A stretch of DNA of 58,999 nucleotides from Spirochaetota bacterium (GTDB lineage: Bacteria; Spirochaetota; Spirochaetia; B11-G9), in NCBI GenBank assembly GCA_024280415.1, contig JAJRQE010000071.1:1-58999 (forward strand). Direction: 5' to 3'. The notes beneath the pieces are model-generated. The model was not told where the DNA came from. It worked only from the letters and a program-made list of their open reading frames with translations, and did no database searches. The translations under genes and the position numbers were made by a program. Positions 1-8,471 of this stretch are shown here, one piece after another. Position 1 is the first letter of the stretch. Each line of letters opens with the position of its first letter.

Positions 1-842
1 TCATCAAGACTAATAAGAAAATGATCTCCCTTGTATCCCGGTCTGGAAACATCGAGCTCATAGAGCCCCGGATAGAGGAGATTCAGGTTCTGTTCCACCA
101 CCCCAGTCTCCTGTCTCTTTAGAACAAAACCTGAATCCGGAGGATCCATTTCCAGTATCATCCCGGCCCAGGTTCTGCCAAGTACTATTTCTTTTAATCT
201 GTTTATTATTTCGGGAATTAAATCTGAAATCGTATCAGGATTACCAATCGAGTCATAAACTACCGATTTCTCCTTTGTAATTTGATTTTCGATCCATATT
301 TTCAGATAGAGCCCCTCCCCCAGCTTCTCAATGGATCCGTTAATATCCATGTCTGATTTTCTGCTTTTCACAGTCCCAGCATCTTCTGAACCGTCACTTT
401 CAGTAAAGAAACGAAGGGGGACATCCTTTTCCATTTCCTCAACATCTGCAACTTTTACTGCCGAAAGAAGGTTCCTTTCCTCCTCAATCTGATCAATAAT
501 TTTTAAATAGTCTTCTTTGTTATAATTATTATTGAAAATAAGGGAATCGCGCTTTTCTATATATAAAGAGAGATTGAGAAAATGATTCTGAATATAATCA
601 TCATAATTTCTCTGACTCAGAGCAGTAAGTTCCTCCAGTGAATAACGATGAACCGGGTAATCCTTAAATTCATAGTAAAGAAGTCTGGGAATACTTTCCG
701 CCAGGTGAAGATATTTCTCGTCTATCTCATCCAGTAATAACGATTTGAACTGTATAACATACTCTGCTTTTTCATTACTCTGGCTAAATAAATAAAAAGG
801 TAATAAAAAAAACAAAAAAATAAAAAATATCTTACTTGTCAT
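1..842 (-). CDS. Secreted protein of unknown function (3' end runs off the window)
   Basis: Minus-strand frame is open from ATG at 842 to the window edge. It is absent from the ORF track because there is no stop in the window. My translation starts MTSKIFFIFLFFLLPFYLFSQSNEKAEYVIQFKSLL, which is signal-peptide-like. The start overlaps the stop of the upstream receiver gene by 11 nt. Confidence 0.6.
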   Translation of the reverse strand, partial: MTSKIFFIFLFFLLPFYLFSQSNEKAEYVIQFKSLLLDEIDEKYLHLAESIPRLLYYEFKDYPVHRYSLEELTALSQRNYDDYIQNHFLNLSLYIEKRDSLIFNNNYNKEDYLKIIDQIEEERNLLSAVKVADVEEMEKDVPLRFFTESDGSEDAGTVKSRKSDMDINGSIEKLGEGLYLKIWIENQITKEKSVVYDSIGNPDTISDLIPEIINRLKEIVLGRTWAGMILEMDPPDSGFVLKRQETGVVEQNLNLLYPGLYELDVSRPGYKGDHFLISLD

Positions 843-1230
843 TAATTCCTACGGCTTTATTTATTGCTGATAATATTCGTTCCGGCTGGAATGGTTTTAA
901 AATAAAATCTCTGGCACCCAGTTGAATTGCACGTATAAGATATTTCTGCTGACCAATGGCAGAACACATAATCACCTTCGCAGTCTCATCATACCTGCGG
1001 ATTATCCGCAAAGATTCAAGACCATCCAAAACCGGCATAGTAATATCCATGAGAACAATATCAGGTTTTTCCCGTTTGTATGCTGAAAAAGCTTCCCTGC
1101 CGTTTTCAGCTTCATCTATATTTGAGATACCGGAACTCTCCAGTATATTCCGAATTGCATCTCTCATAAACGAAAGATCATCTACAATAAGAATCTTTAA
1201 GGAATCCATTATTCTCCGATCCAGTTCCAT
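832..1230 (-). CDS. Single-domain CheY-like response regulator receiver
   Basis: 132 aa with KILIVDDLSFMR...DIVLMDITMP...KVIMCSA...ILKPF, the receiver-domain acidic pocket, phospho-Asp and conserved Lys pattern. Overlaps the prfB 3' end by 22 nt. Confidence 0.9.
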   Translation of the reverse strand: MELDRRIMDSLKILIVDDLSFMRDAIRNILESSGISNIDEAENGREAFSAYKREKPDIVLMDITMPVLDGLESLRIIRRYDETAKVIMCSAIGQQKYLIRAIQLGARDFILKPFQPERILSAINKAVGINDK

Positions 1231-2316
1231 TTAAGATATGACTCGATGAATCCGTCAATTTTACCATCCATAACCGACTGAATATTTCCAACCTCATACT
1301 TGGTTCTGTGATCTTTTACCATATTATAGGGATGAAAAACATATGAGCGAATCTGATTTCCCCATGAAATATCTTTTTTTTCCTTGGCATGTTTTTCATG
1401 CTCTTTTTCCTGTTCATCAGAATAGTATTCAAACAGCCGGCTTTTTAAAACTTTCATAGCTGTTGCTTTATTCTTATGCTGGCTTCTCTCATTCTGGCAC
1501 TGAACAACTATACCTGTAGCTAAATGTGTCAGACGTACTGCAGAATCTGTCTTATTAACATGCTGCCCACCGGCTCCTGAAGCACGATATGTATCAACCC
1601 TAATATCATCAGGTTTTATCTCAAACTCAATTTCATCATCAATTACAGGGGAACAGTATACAGAGGCAAAGGTAGTATGACGTCTTGCACCTGAATCAAA
1701 AGGAGAAATTCTAACCAGCCGGTGAACACCGGTCTCGCCCTGAAGATAACCGTAAGAAAACTCTCCTGTTAACTGAACAGTGACAGATTTCACCCCCCCC
1801 TCTGCTTCCATTAAATCAATTATCTGCACTTTGTGGTTTTTATTTTCTGCCCAACGGGTATACATCCTTAGCAGCATATTTACCCAGTCACATGCTTCGG
1901 TGCCTCCTGCACCGGAATGAATAGTCAGAAATGCATTGTTACTATCATATTTTCCACTGAGTAATTCCATTACTTCCAGTTCAGCATAGTTTTTCGCTAT
2001 TGATTTAATACTTGTTTCAATATCCAAAGTCAGGGATTCATCCCCCTCTTCACTGGCAATTTGAAAAAGTTCATAAGTATCCTCAAACCTGGAAATAAGT
2101 TTCTCCCAGGGATTAAGTCTCTTTTTCAACCTGTTGAGTTTTGCCATAACATTTTCTGAGTTATCTCTGTTATTCCAGAATCCCTCCTTACAGGACTCTT
2201 CCTCAAGGTCGTGTATTGATTTTTTTATAGTATCAGGGTCAAAGACGCCCCCATGTTTCATAAAGCTTTAGTTTTAATGACTTTAATTCACCTTCAAAAT
2301 CTGTCAACATATTCAT
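1209..2316 (-). CDS. prfB: Peptide chain release factor 2, requires programmed +1 frameshift at 2244..2238
   Basis: The 350-aa ORF has SPF, GGQHVNKTDSAVR and the RF2 body. A 25-codon upstream frame (ATG 2316 or 2310) ends in CTT TGA C preceded by TGGGGG. See finding. Confidence 0.92.
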
Positions 2317-2353
2317 CCTCGCTTATTATATTTCTTGTCTGTCACTAATATTT

Positions 2354-2626
2354 TTACTTTTTTACTACTATTCTTCTCCACTTTTTTTCCCTTAAAGTGG
2401 TTAATACAAGATCATCACCAAGAGGGTACTGATAGATCCTGACAATATCATATCCATCTGTTCGTCTGTCTATATCCCGTTTCAACCGTGCAAGCTCCTT
2501 TTCTTTAATAGTTGAACTCTCATACAATACCTCAAGTACAGGCTTAAACCCATACTCAACGAGTAAATTTTTAACTGATATCAAATGATCATCATTAGAT
2601 ATCTCACAAAATACAGCAACAAACAT
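2354..2626 (-). CDS. Small hypothetical protein, Cas2-like ferredoxin-fold pattern (tentative)
   Basis: 90 aa. MFVAVFCEISNDD...VEYGFKPVLEVLYES...DIVRIYQYPL resembles the Cas2 b1-a1-b2...b4 layout (YDIxxD / GxxRvQxSVF / DsvriY). Pattern recognition only. Confidence 0.5.
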   Translation of the reverse strand: MFVAVFCEISNDDHLISVKNLLVEYGFKPVLEVLYESSTIKEKELARLKRDIDRRTDGYDIVRIYQYPLGDDLVLTTLREKKWRRIVVKK

Positions 2627-2722
2627 TCTAATATAATATTAAGAACTAATTTTTGTGTCAAACACTTAAACTTCATTATTAAGCTATTGCAGTAATTATA
2701 ATTTACCGATATTTTTAATATT

Positions 2723-3937
2723 ATGAAGAAATTACATCTGTTATTCCTTATTATGGTAATTCTGATCTCTACCGGTTCCACCGAAGACCTGCAAATCCCA
2801 TACATTGAGAACCTTACTGCCTCCGGAGGCGAAAACTCCATAACTCTTTTTTGGAATCAATCTACCTCAGATCTTTATACATATAGAATTTACAGAAATA
2901 CAGAAATTATTAATAATAATAATTTCCCCAATTCTGAATTAATAGGAGAGACTTCAGCTAATATAAACTCATTTACAGATTTTCCGGACACAACAGTTAA
3001 TTTCTATTACGCAGTTTTGGCTGTTGACTCATCTGATAATATCTATAAATTATTTATACCCTACAACAATATTACAACTTCTCCTGCAAAAATAGATTCA
3101 CCATCATCTCTTTTAGACTCAGCCGCTAAAATCAGCAGTATAAAAACCAGTTCCGTCGGAAACAGTATTGTATTAAATTATTCCAGTAACAAGGAAAACA
3201 GAACACTTTTAATTTTTAGGAGCAGTAAACCAATTTCAGAGAACAAAAGTCTTGCAGAAGCCGATTTTTTATCTGAAATAAATTCTTCAGATAGAAGTTT
3301 TTCAGATTTTCCTCTTCCTGGAACTTTAAACTACTATGCAATTCTTGATTCTGAACTTTATAAATCCGGTAGATTTACAATTATTCCAGGAGGTAATTCC
3401 ACTATTGAGAGTTCCGGAGTAGTAACGGGAGACTCGGAAGCATATCTGGAATCCAGAAAATCAATCAGAAACAACCCACTTCCCTTTCTTGAAATAAATA
3501 AAAGTATTAATACAGGGAAACCGCTGATCTCACAATCAACCTCTCTTCCGGTGAAACAAAATCTTTCTTTCATGACAACTACAATTATCAATAAGCTGAT
3601 AAACAGTATCTATACCGAAAGGAAGGAGCTCCTTACTCCGGTAATTTTATCCAAAGATCTTGAAACTTCAGAGAACAGTGAAGAGTATCAGCTAAAAAAG
3701 ATCCTTCTCAGTGATTTTAAAGAGAAAAACTGGCCTGTAGCATATAGGCTGTTGAGTAATTTTCTGAGTGTTCGTCATTCAAAAGATATTGAACTAAGAG
3801 CTCATTTCTACAGGGCTCAGATTCTATTCTTTCAAAAGAAATACAGGGATTCTTTCATGGAGTTTATTCTTGCTGATGACGAATTAAGGGAGGAAATTAA
3901 GCCCTGGCAGGATCAAATCCTGACAATATTGAGGTAA
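2723..3937 (+). CDS. Secreted protein with FN3-like N-terminal repeats and TPR-like C-terminus, unknown function
   Basis: 404 aa. Signal peptide MKKLHLLFLIMVILISTGS. SITLFWNQS..YRIYRN and IVLNYSS..LLIFRS are FN3-like segments, followed by a helical repeat tail. Confidence 0.7.
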   Translation: MKKLHLLFLIMVILISTGSTEDLQIPYIENLTASGGENSITLFWNQSTSDLYTYRIYRNTEIINNNNFPNSELIGETSANINSFTDFPDTTVNFYYAVLAVDSSDNIYKLFIPYNNITTSPAKIDSPSSLLDSAAKISSIKTSSVGNSIVLNYSSNKENRTLLIFRSSKPISENKSLAEADFLSEINSSDRSFSDFPLPGTLNYYAILDSELYKSGRFTIIPGGNSTIESSGVVTGDSEAYLESRKSIRNNPLPFLEINKSINTGKPLISQSTSLPVKQNLSFMTTTIINKLINSIYTERKELLTPVILSKDLETSENSEEYQLKKILLSDFKEKNWPVAYRLLSNFLSVRHSKDIELRAHFYRAQILFFQKKYRDSFMEFILADDELREEIKPWQDQILTILR

Positions 3938-3953
3938 ATACAATAAAACGTCT

Positions 3954-4919
3954 TCAGCGTATTTTCTCCAACCTTATTGTCACAATTGAGGTCCAGTCTT
4001 TTCCGGAATCAATCTCAACAGACCATTTCAGAACAAAACAAGTGGATTGATAAATTTTCTCAATTTTATCCAGATTTCTTGTTTCGGTCACTACCGGAAA
4101 AGTCCATAATGAAAATTCTTCAGAACCTGAAATAGTAATTGAAACTTTTCTTTTGACTTCATTTATAATTAAATCAGTAATAGGAGAATCTTCGAAAACA
4201 GGAGTTTTCTTTATAAAAGCTTCTTTACCGCTACTGGTTTTCATGAAAACGCTGTTACTAATATTATCGAGAGAAAGATTTATCTCTGTAGCAAAGTTTA
4301 GTTTCAACCTGTCCACTGATAAATTTGAAATGTTATATTTAACATGAATAGAATTTTTCTTGAAATCAAATTTTTTGGTAATTTTAATACTTTTTTTAAT
4401 TCTGTTTATCTTTACCTGGCCTTTAAACTGCAGATCAAGTTCCTTTTTTTCCCTGTTCAGATCCACCATTGAATAATCCGAGTCAACAAATGTGCCCAAT
4501 TCGTTATAGGTCATTTGAGAAAAATCAGCCAGTTTACAGTCATCTTCGAGGAAATGGTCGATAAAAGCATTTCGGGGATACCAGTCAAATCCATTAATCT
4601 CATGCTCATTTTTATGGTAAGATTCCTTGTATCTTGACATAGTATCAAGATAGTTCCATGAATTTACAAGATAATCCAATTCAAAAAGAACGCCCCCCCT
4701 GTTGTGAACATATGCATTTATATACTGCCCCTGATATATATATTCATCCATACCGTCACAATCGAAATCAGTTGTGCTCAGAGAAGTTGTAAAGATTCCC
4801 TTTTCTCTGGAACTTTTCTCTGCATCAATCAGATGGGAATAGGCCTGCTTTCTAAGAAAATTATCATATACTCCAGGTATATTCCCATGCCAGTACACCG
4901 TATTTGACTGGCTTTTCAT
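3954..4919 (-). CDS. GH57 alpha-amylase/4-alpha-glucanotransferase, C-terminal half (fragment of split gene)
   Basis: 321 aa. YWHGNIPGVYDNFLRKQAYSHLIDAE plus a beta-rich tail, as in the region C-terminal to the GH57 catalytic domain. ATGA overlap with the upstream fragment. Confidence 0.8.
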   Translation of the reverse strand: MKSQSNTVYWHGNIPGVYDNFLRKQAYSHLIDAEKSSREKGIFTTSLSTTDFDCDGMDEYIYQGQYINAYVHNRGGVLFELDYLVNSWNYLDTMSRYKESYHKNEHEINGFDWYPRNAFIDHFLEDDCKLADFSQMTYNELGTFVDSDYSMVDLNREKKELDLQFKGQVKINRIKKSIKITKKFDFKKNSIHVKYNISNLSVDRLKLNFATEINLSLDNISNSVFMKTSSGKEAFIKKTPVFEDSPITDLIINEVKRKVSITISGSEEFSLWTFPVVTETRNLDKIEKIYQSTCFVLKWSVEIDSGKDWTSIVTIRLEKIR

Positions 4920-5857
4920 AATCTCTTCCCGGGCATTTTTTTACGGACTTTATCCCGTTTGACCTGACTTGACAGCTGATGCATATAGATCATTTTGGAA
5001 TAGAGAAGATTACTTTCATAATATCTTGTAAAATTCTGACGGAAATAATGTCTCTCAGTACTGCAGGGGAAGTAAACTTTTTTGGAAGATCCCAGATTCC
5101 TGATATACAGACCGGGATTAATTGTCTGTATTCTTCTTGTATTCTCCGTCAATAACTCAAAAAGATTTTCAAACCACCCATCCTTACTACAAGCTGTCTG
5201 TGCTTCTGAACTGCTGCCATCCAGTATCATTGAAACAATTTCAGATTTTCCATTTTCATGAATCGCCACAAGCGAATCTACAATCTCCCGGGGATCAGAA
5301 AACTCAGTTGAGAGTTTCTCATCAATTGGAAATACATATATGGATTTGCCCTGATCCTCAGTTATATAAACTTTGTTAAGATCATGACCATAAATACCTG
5401 ATTTTTTAAAAAGTTCACTATCCAGGAAAGTATATTCCATTCCGCTGTTTTTAATATTTGAACTAAGAGTGGGTTCCCAAATTTTTTCCGGTATCCAGCA
5501 TCCCCTGGGACGTTTACGAAAATGTTTTCTTATATAGGTTGTCTGGAGTTCAATCTGACTAATTCGATCTTTATTAGGCAGTATGGATAAAATTGGATTA
5601 TAAAAAGGGCCTCCTAAAAGCTCGATCTGACGTCGTTTTATCATCTCATTTATAAGTAAAACTATTTCAGGATGCTTGTCTGAAAACCATTCAAGCAAGT
5701 TTCCTGAATAATGAATTGCGGCTTTCACTTTCGGATAAGCATAAAGCAGTTTTAAATACGGTCTGTAGGAGCTTTTATAAACTGTTTCCAGCTGATCCTG
5801 AGTACTTCCAACAGGCTGGCTGTTATAGGTACCGAAAGTCAGCTTTATTCTATTCAT
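4916..5857 (-). CDS. GH57 alpha-amylase/4-alpha-glucanotransferase, N-terminal catalytic half (fragment of split gene)
   Basis: 313 aa. FGTYNSQP...HYSGNLLEWF...IELLGGPFYNPIL...GCWIPEKIWEP is typical of GH57 catalytic domains. Confidence 0.85.
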   Translation of the reverse strand: MNRIKLTFGTYNSQPVGSTQDQLETVYKSSYRPYLKLLYAYPKVKAAIHYSGNLLEWFSDKHPEIVLLINEMIKRRQIELLGGPFYNPILSILPNKDRISQIELQTTYIRKHFRKRPRGCWIPEKIWEPTLSSNIKNSGMEYTFLDSELFKKSGIYGHDLNKVYITEDQGKSIYVFPIDEKLSTEFSDPREIVDSLVAIHENGKSEIVSMILDGSSSEAQTACSKDGWFENLFELLTENTRRIQTINPGLYIRNLGSSKKVYFPCSTERHYFRQNFTRYYESNLLYSKMIYMHQLSSQVKRDKVRKKMPGKRL

Positions 5858-6692
5858 CTATTTTTTGTTTTTCCTCTATCCGTAATTCAGCTGTCTCAGA
5901 TGAAATTATACACTTTGTCGGACAACCATTCATTGCTCCGGATCTGTCACCTTTCTGATCGTAGTTTATAGTAGCAAGAAAATTTTCCACTACAAATCCA
6001 CTATCAACCGATTTCTTCTCACATATTTTACACCCAATACATCCAACTGAACAATATTTTTTTACTTTTCCGCCCTTATCCAGGGAATTGCAGGCAACAA
6101 TAACATCAGCACTGTAGGGGATCATCTGTATTACCCCTGTAGGACAAACAACTATACATTTTTCACAGCTTATACAGAGATCCTTATCTACCCATATCCT
6201 GTTTTTACTATCCCTGGTAATAGCATCCACAGGACAGACCTTTATACAGCTTCCTCCTGCAAGACACCCGTACCTGCACTCTTTATCTCCCTGATACATT
6301 GACTGCATTGCATTACAATCATCCATACCGGAATAATTAAATTTATAGGTTGATGTATCCCTGTTGCCCCGGCAATGAACCTGAGCAACCATTTTCTCCC
6401 CTTCTGAATCAGCTTCTATCCCCATTATCTCTGCAATTTTAGCAAGAACCTCAGAACCTCCGGGACTGCATAATGTAATATCTGCACCGTCATTTACAAT
6501 ACCTTCTGCATAACCTGAGCAACCAGGGTAACCACAGGCTCCGCAATTGACTCCTGGAAGAATATCCTCTACAGTACCAACCCTTTCATCTTTTTTTACT
6601 GCCAGAATCCTTGCTGCAACTGCAAGACCGATTCCAAGGGCACCTCCTATGAGTGTAACAGATATAAACGAAAAAAGAATTTTAAAAATCAT
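5850..6692 (-). CDS. rnfB: Rnf electron transport complex subunit B (polyferredoxin)
   Basis: N-terminal TM helix and multiple CxxCxxCxxxCP 4Fe-4S motifs. Last gene of the rnfCDGEAB order. I prefer ATG 6692 (GGGAGA SD 4 nt upstream) over the track TTG at 6704. Confidence 0.9.
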   Translation of the reverse strand: MIFKILFSFISVTLIGGALGIGLAVAARILAVKKDERVGTVEDILPGVNCGACGYPGCSGYAEGIVNDGADITLCSPGGSEVLAKIAEIMGIEADSEGEKMVAQVHCRGNRDTSTYKFNYSGMDDCNAMQSMYQGDKECRYGCLAGGSCIKVCPVDAITRDSKNRIWVDKDLCISCEKCIVVCPTGVIQMIPYSADVIVACNSLDKGGKVKKYCSVGCIGCKICEKKSVDSGFVVENFLATINYDQKGDRSGAMNGCPTKCIISSETAELRIEEKQKIDE

Positions 6693-6706
6693 TTTGTCTC
6701 CCAAAA

Positions 6707-7297
6707 TTATCCTAGCAGATTATTTAATAAAGCATTATCAAAAGCCATAAAGGCAAGAGCCATAAGACCACCTGTAATAAATGCTATAGGAATCCCTCTG
6801 AATGGTTTAGGAACCCATTCAGAATCCAGTTTTACACGAATAGTTGACATTAGAAGGATAGCAAGTAAAAACCCAAAACCTGCAGCAATACCGGCAATAA
6901 AACTTTCAATGGCATTGAAATCATTTCTTACATTTATCAGTGCAATACCAAGAACGGCACAGTTAGTTGTAATTAATGGGAGAAATATACCAAGAGCCTT
7001 GTATAGAGCCGGAGATATTTTTTGAATAACAAGCTCAACAAACTGAACAAGTGCTGCTATTACAAGTATAAAAGTAATTGTCTGGAGGAATTCTATATCA
7101 AGTGGTATAAGTATATAATTGTAGATTACCCATGTGGAAATTGAAGCCAGGGCCATAACAAAAGTTACAGCAAATCCCATACCAACTGCAGATTCGACAT
7201 TCTTGGAAACTCCTATAAAGGGACATAAACCCAAAAACTGAGTTAAAATAAAATTATTTATAAAAACAAAAGTTATTATTATTCCAATATAACTCAC
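6707..7297 (-). CDS. rnfA: Rnf complex subunit A
   Basis: FINNFILTQFLGLCPFIGVSK signature in a polytopic protein. Likely GTG start at 7297 with AAGGAGG 8 nt upstream; the track start is 7327. Confidence 0.9.
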   Translation of the reverse strand: MSYIGIIITFVFINNFILTQFLGLCPFIGVSKNVESAVGMGFAVTFVMALASISTWVIYNYILIPLDIEFLQTITFILVIAALVQFVELVIQKISPALYKALGIFLPLITTNCAVLGIALINVRNDFNAIESFIAGIAAGFGFLLAILLMSTIRVKLDSEWVPKPFRGIPIAFITGGLMALAFMAFDNALLNNLLG

Positions 7298-7917
7298 TAC
7301 TTCACCCTCCTTAATTCTCCCACCCAATTAAAGAGTGCCTTGAGAAAACCCATTACTAAAAGAGCTCCTGCTGCGAGTCCAAAAACTCTGACCGGAGCAT
7401 TTGAGATGCCGGGAATTTCAATTACACCGGAAAAATTTCCTATTGGAAAAAGAGTTATAGTCCCCAATCCGAAAACCTCCCTTACAAGAGAAATAAGCAT
7501 CAAAGCAAGGGTAAATCCTATTCCCATTCCCAGAGCATCCAAAATTGAGGACTTAACTGTATTTTTATTCGCAAAAGCCTCGGCACGTCCCAGAATTATG
7601 CAGTTTACAACAATTAAGGGAACAAAAACTCCCAGACTGTCATACAGGGCAGGGATAAAGGCTTCCATAACCATTTCAACTACAGTGACAAATGAAGCAA
7701 TAATTACTATATACGAAGGGATCCTTATCTTTTCAGGAATAAAATCTTTCAGTAAAGAAACAAAAATATTGGAACCTAGCAAAACAAATATTACACCTGC
7801 ACCCATCCCGATCGAATTTACAACCTTTGTGGAAACTCCCAGGGCGGGGCAAAGTCCAAGAACAATAATAAATACCGGGTTTTCTTTAATTATTCCCTTT
7901 GTAAAATCCTTAAGCAC
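7297..7917 (-). CDS. rnfE: Rnf complex subunit E
   Basis: ENPVFIIVLGLCPALGVST signature, 206 aa, polytopic. Confidence 0.9.
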   Translation of the reverse strand: MLKDFTKGIIKENPVFIIVLGLCPALGVSTKVVNSIGMGAGVIFVLLGSNIFVSLLKDFIPEKIRIPSYIVIIASFVTVVEMVMEAFIPALYDSLGVFVPLIVVNCIILGRAEAFANKNTVKSSILDALGMGIGFTLALMLISLVREVFGLGTITLFPIGNFSGVIEIPGISNAPVRVFGLAAGALLVMGFLKALFNWVGELRRVK

Positions 7918-8471
7918 TACATTCCCCCTAGGTTGATGGCAAATTCTGAGGCTTTATTCAGAGCCTTACCAATACCAATAAAAGTTATACTTGCTCCGGT
8001 TATAGAATCAGCATCATCATGCTCCAACTGTGATTTTCTAAAGGGGATTACAGAACCATCACCCTTGCCAGTGAACATCTCCATATAGGAAGCATTCTCT
8101 GCCTCCTTTCCAAGACCCGGGGTTTCAGAATTTTCCATTAAAACGGCAGAAAGGATCTTCCCTTTTATAGATATTGCACTTAAAAGATTAAGATCATCCG
8201 CATACCCAGCTCCTATGACCTTAATAATATAGGCTATAATATTACCAGCATCAGTCAGGGGGTAGTAACCGGTCACGGCACTCCCATCATCAACAGCTAC
8301 CAGTTCTCCAATTTCAAATCCAAGAGATAATTTCTGCAGAGCTGCATTCAGCCTTGCAGCTCTCGCCGCTATGATTATGGGATCTGTAACAGCATTAACT
8401 ATCCCGAGGGATATGGCAGCAACAGCACAAATAACTGCCAGTTTTGCACCTGTTTTAAAGATCTCTTTCAT
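7917..8471 (-). CDS. rnfG: Rnf complex subunit G (FMN-binding)
   Basis: 184 aa with an N-terminal anchor and DSITGASIT, the covalent-FMN S/TGAT-type motif. Confidence 0.9.
   Translation of the reverse strand: MKEIFKTGAKLAVICAVAAISLGIVNAVTDPIIIAARAARLNAALQKLSLGFEIGELVAVDDGSAVTGYYPLTDAGNIIAYIIKVIGAGYADDLNLLSAISIKGKILSAVLMENSETPGLGKEAENASYMEMFTGKGDGSVIPFRKSQLEHDDADSITGASITFIGIGKALNKASEFAINLGGM

Noticed and set aside
1793-1800. G8 (C8 on the plus strand) homopolymer inside prfB as a possible phase-variation or frameshift site
   Set aside because: The reading frame is intact through it (E G G V K) and RF2 is essential. I noted it only as a control for the homopolymer-error hypothesis.
2262-2722. 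Looked for a CRISPR array or cas genes next to the Cas2-like ORF
   Set aside because: I saw no direct repeats of 24-40 nt with regular spacing here or elsewhere in the window. The intergenic regions are all shorter than 260 nt.
2581-2841. 86-aa minus-strand ORF spanning the intergenic region
   Set aside because: It overlaps both the Cas2-like gene's 5' end and the start of the divergent 2723 gene, and it has AT-rich promoter-like content.
7340-7936. 198-aa plus-strand ORF
   Set aside because: It lies entirely antisense to rnfE, which has clear family motifs. Its translation is a low-complexity P/T/I-rich mirror of a membrane protein. It has no SD or promoter.
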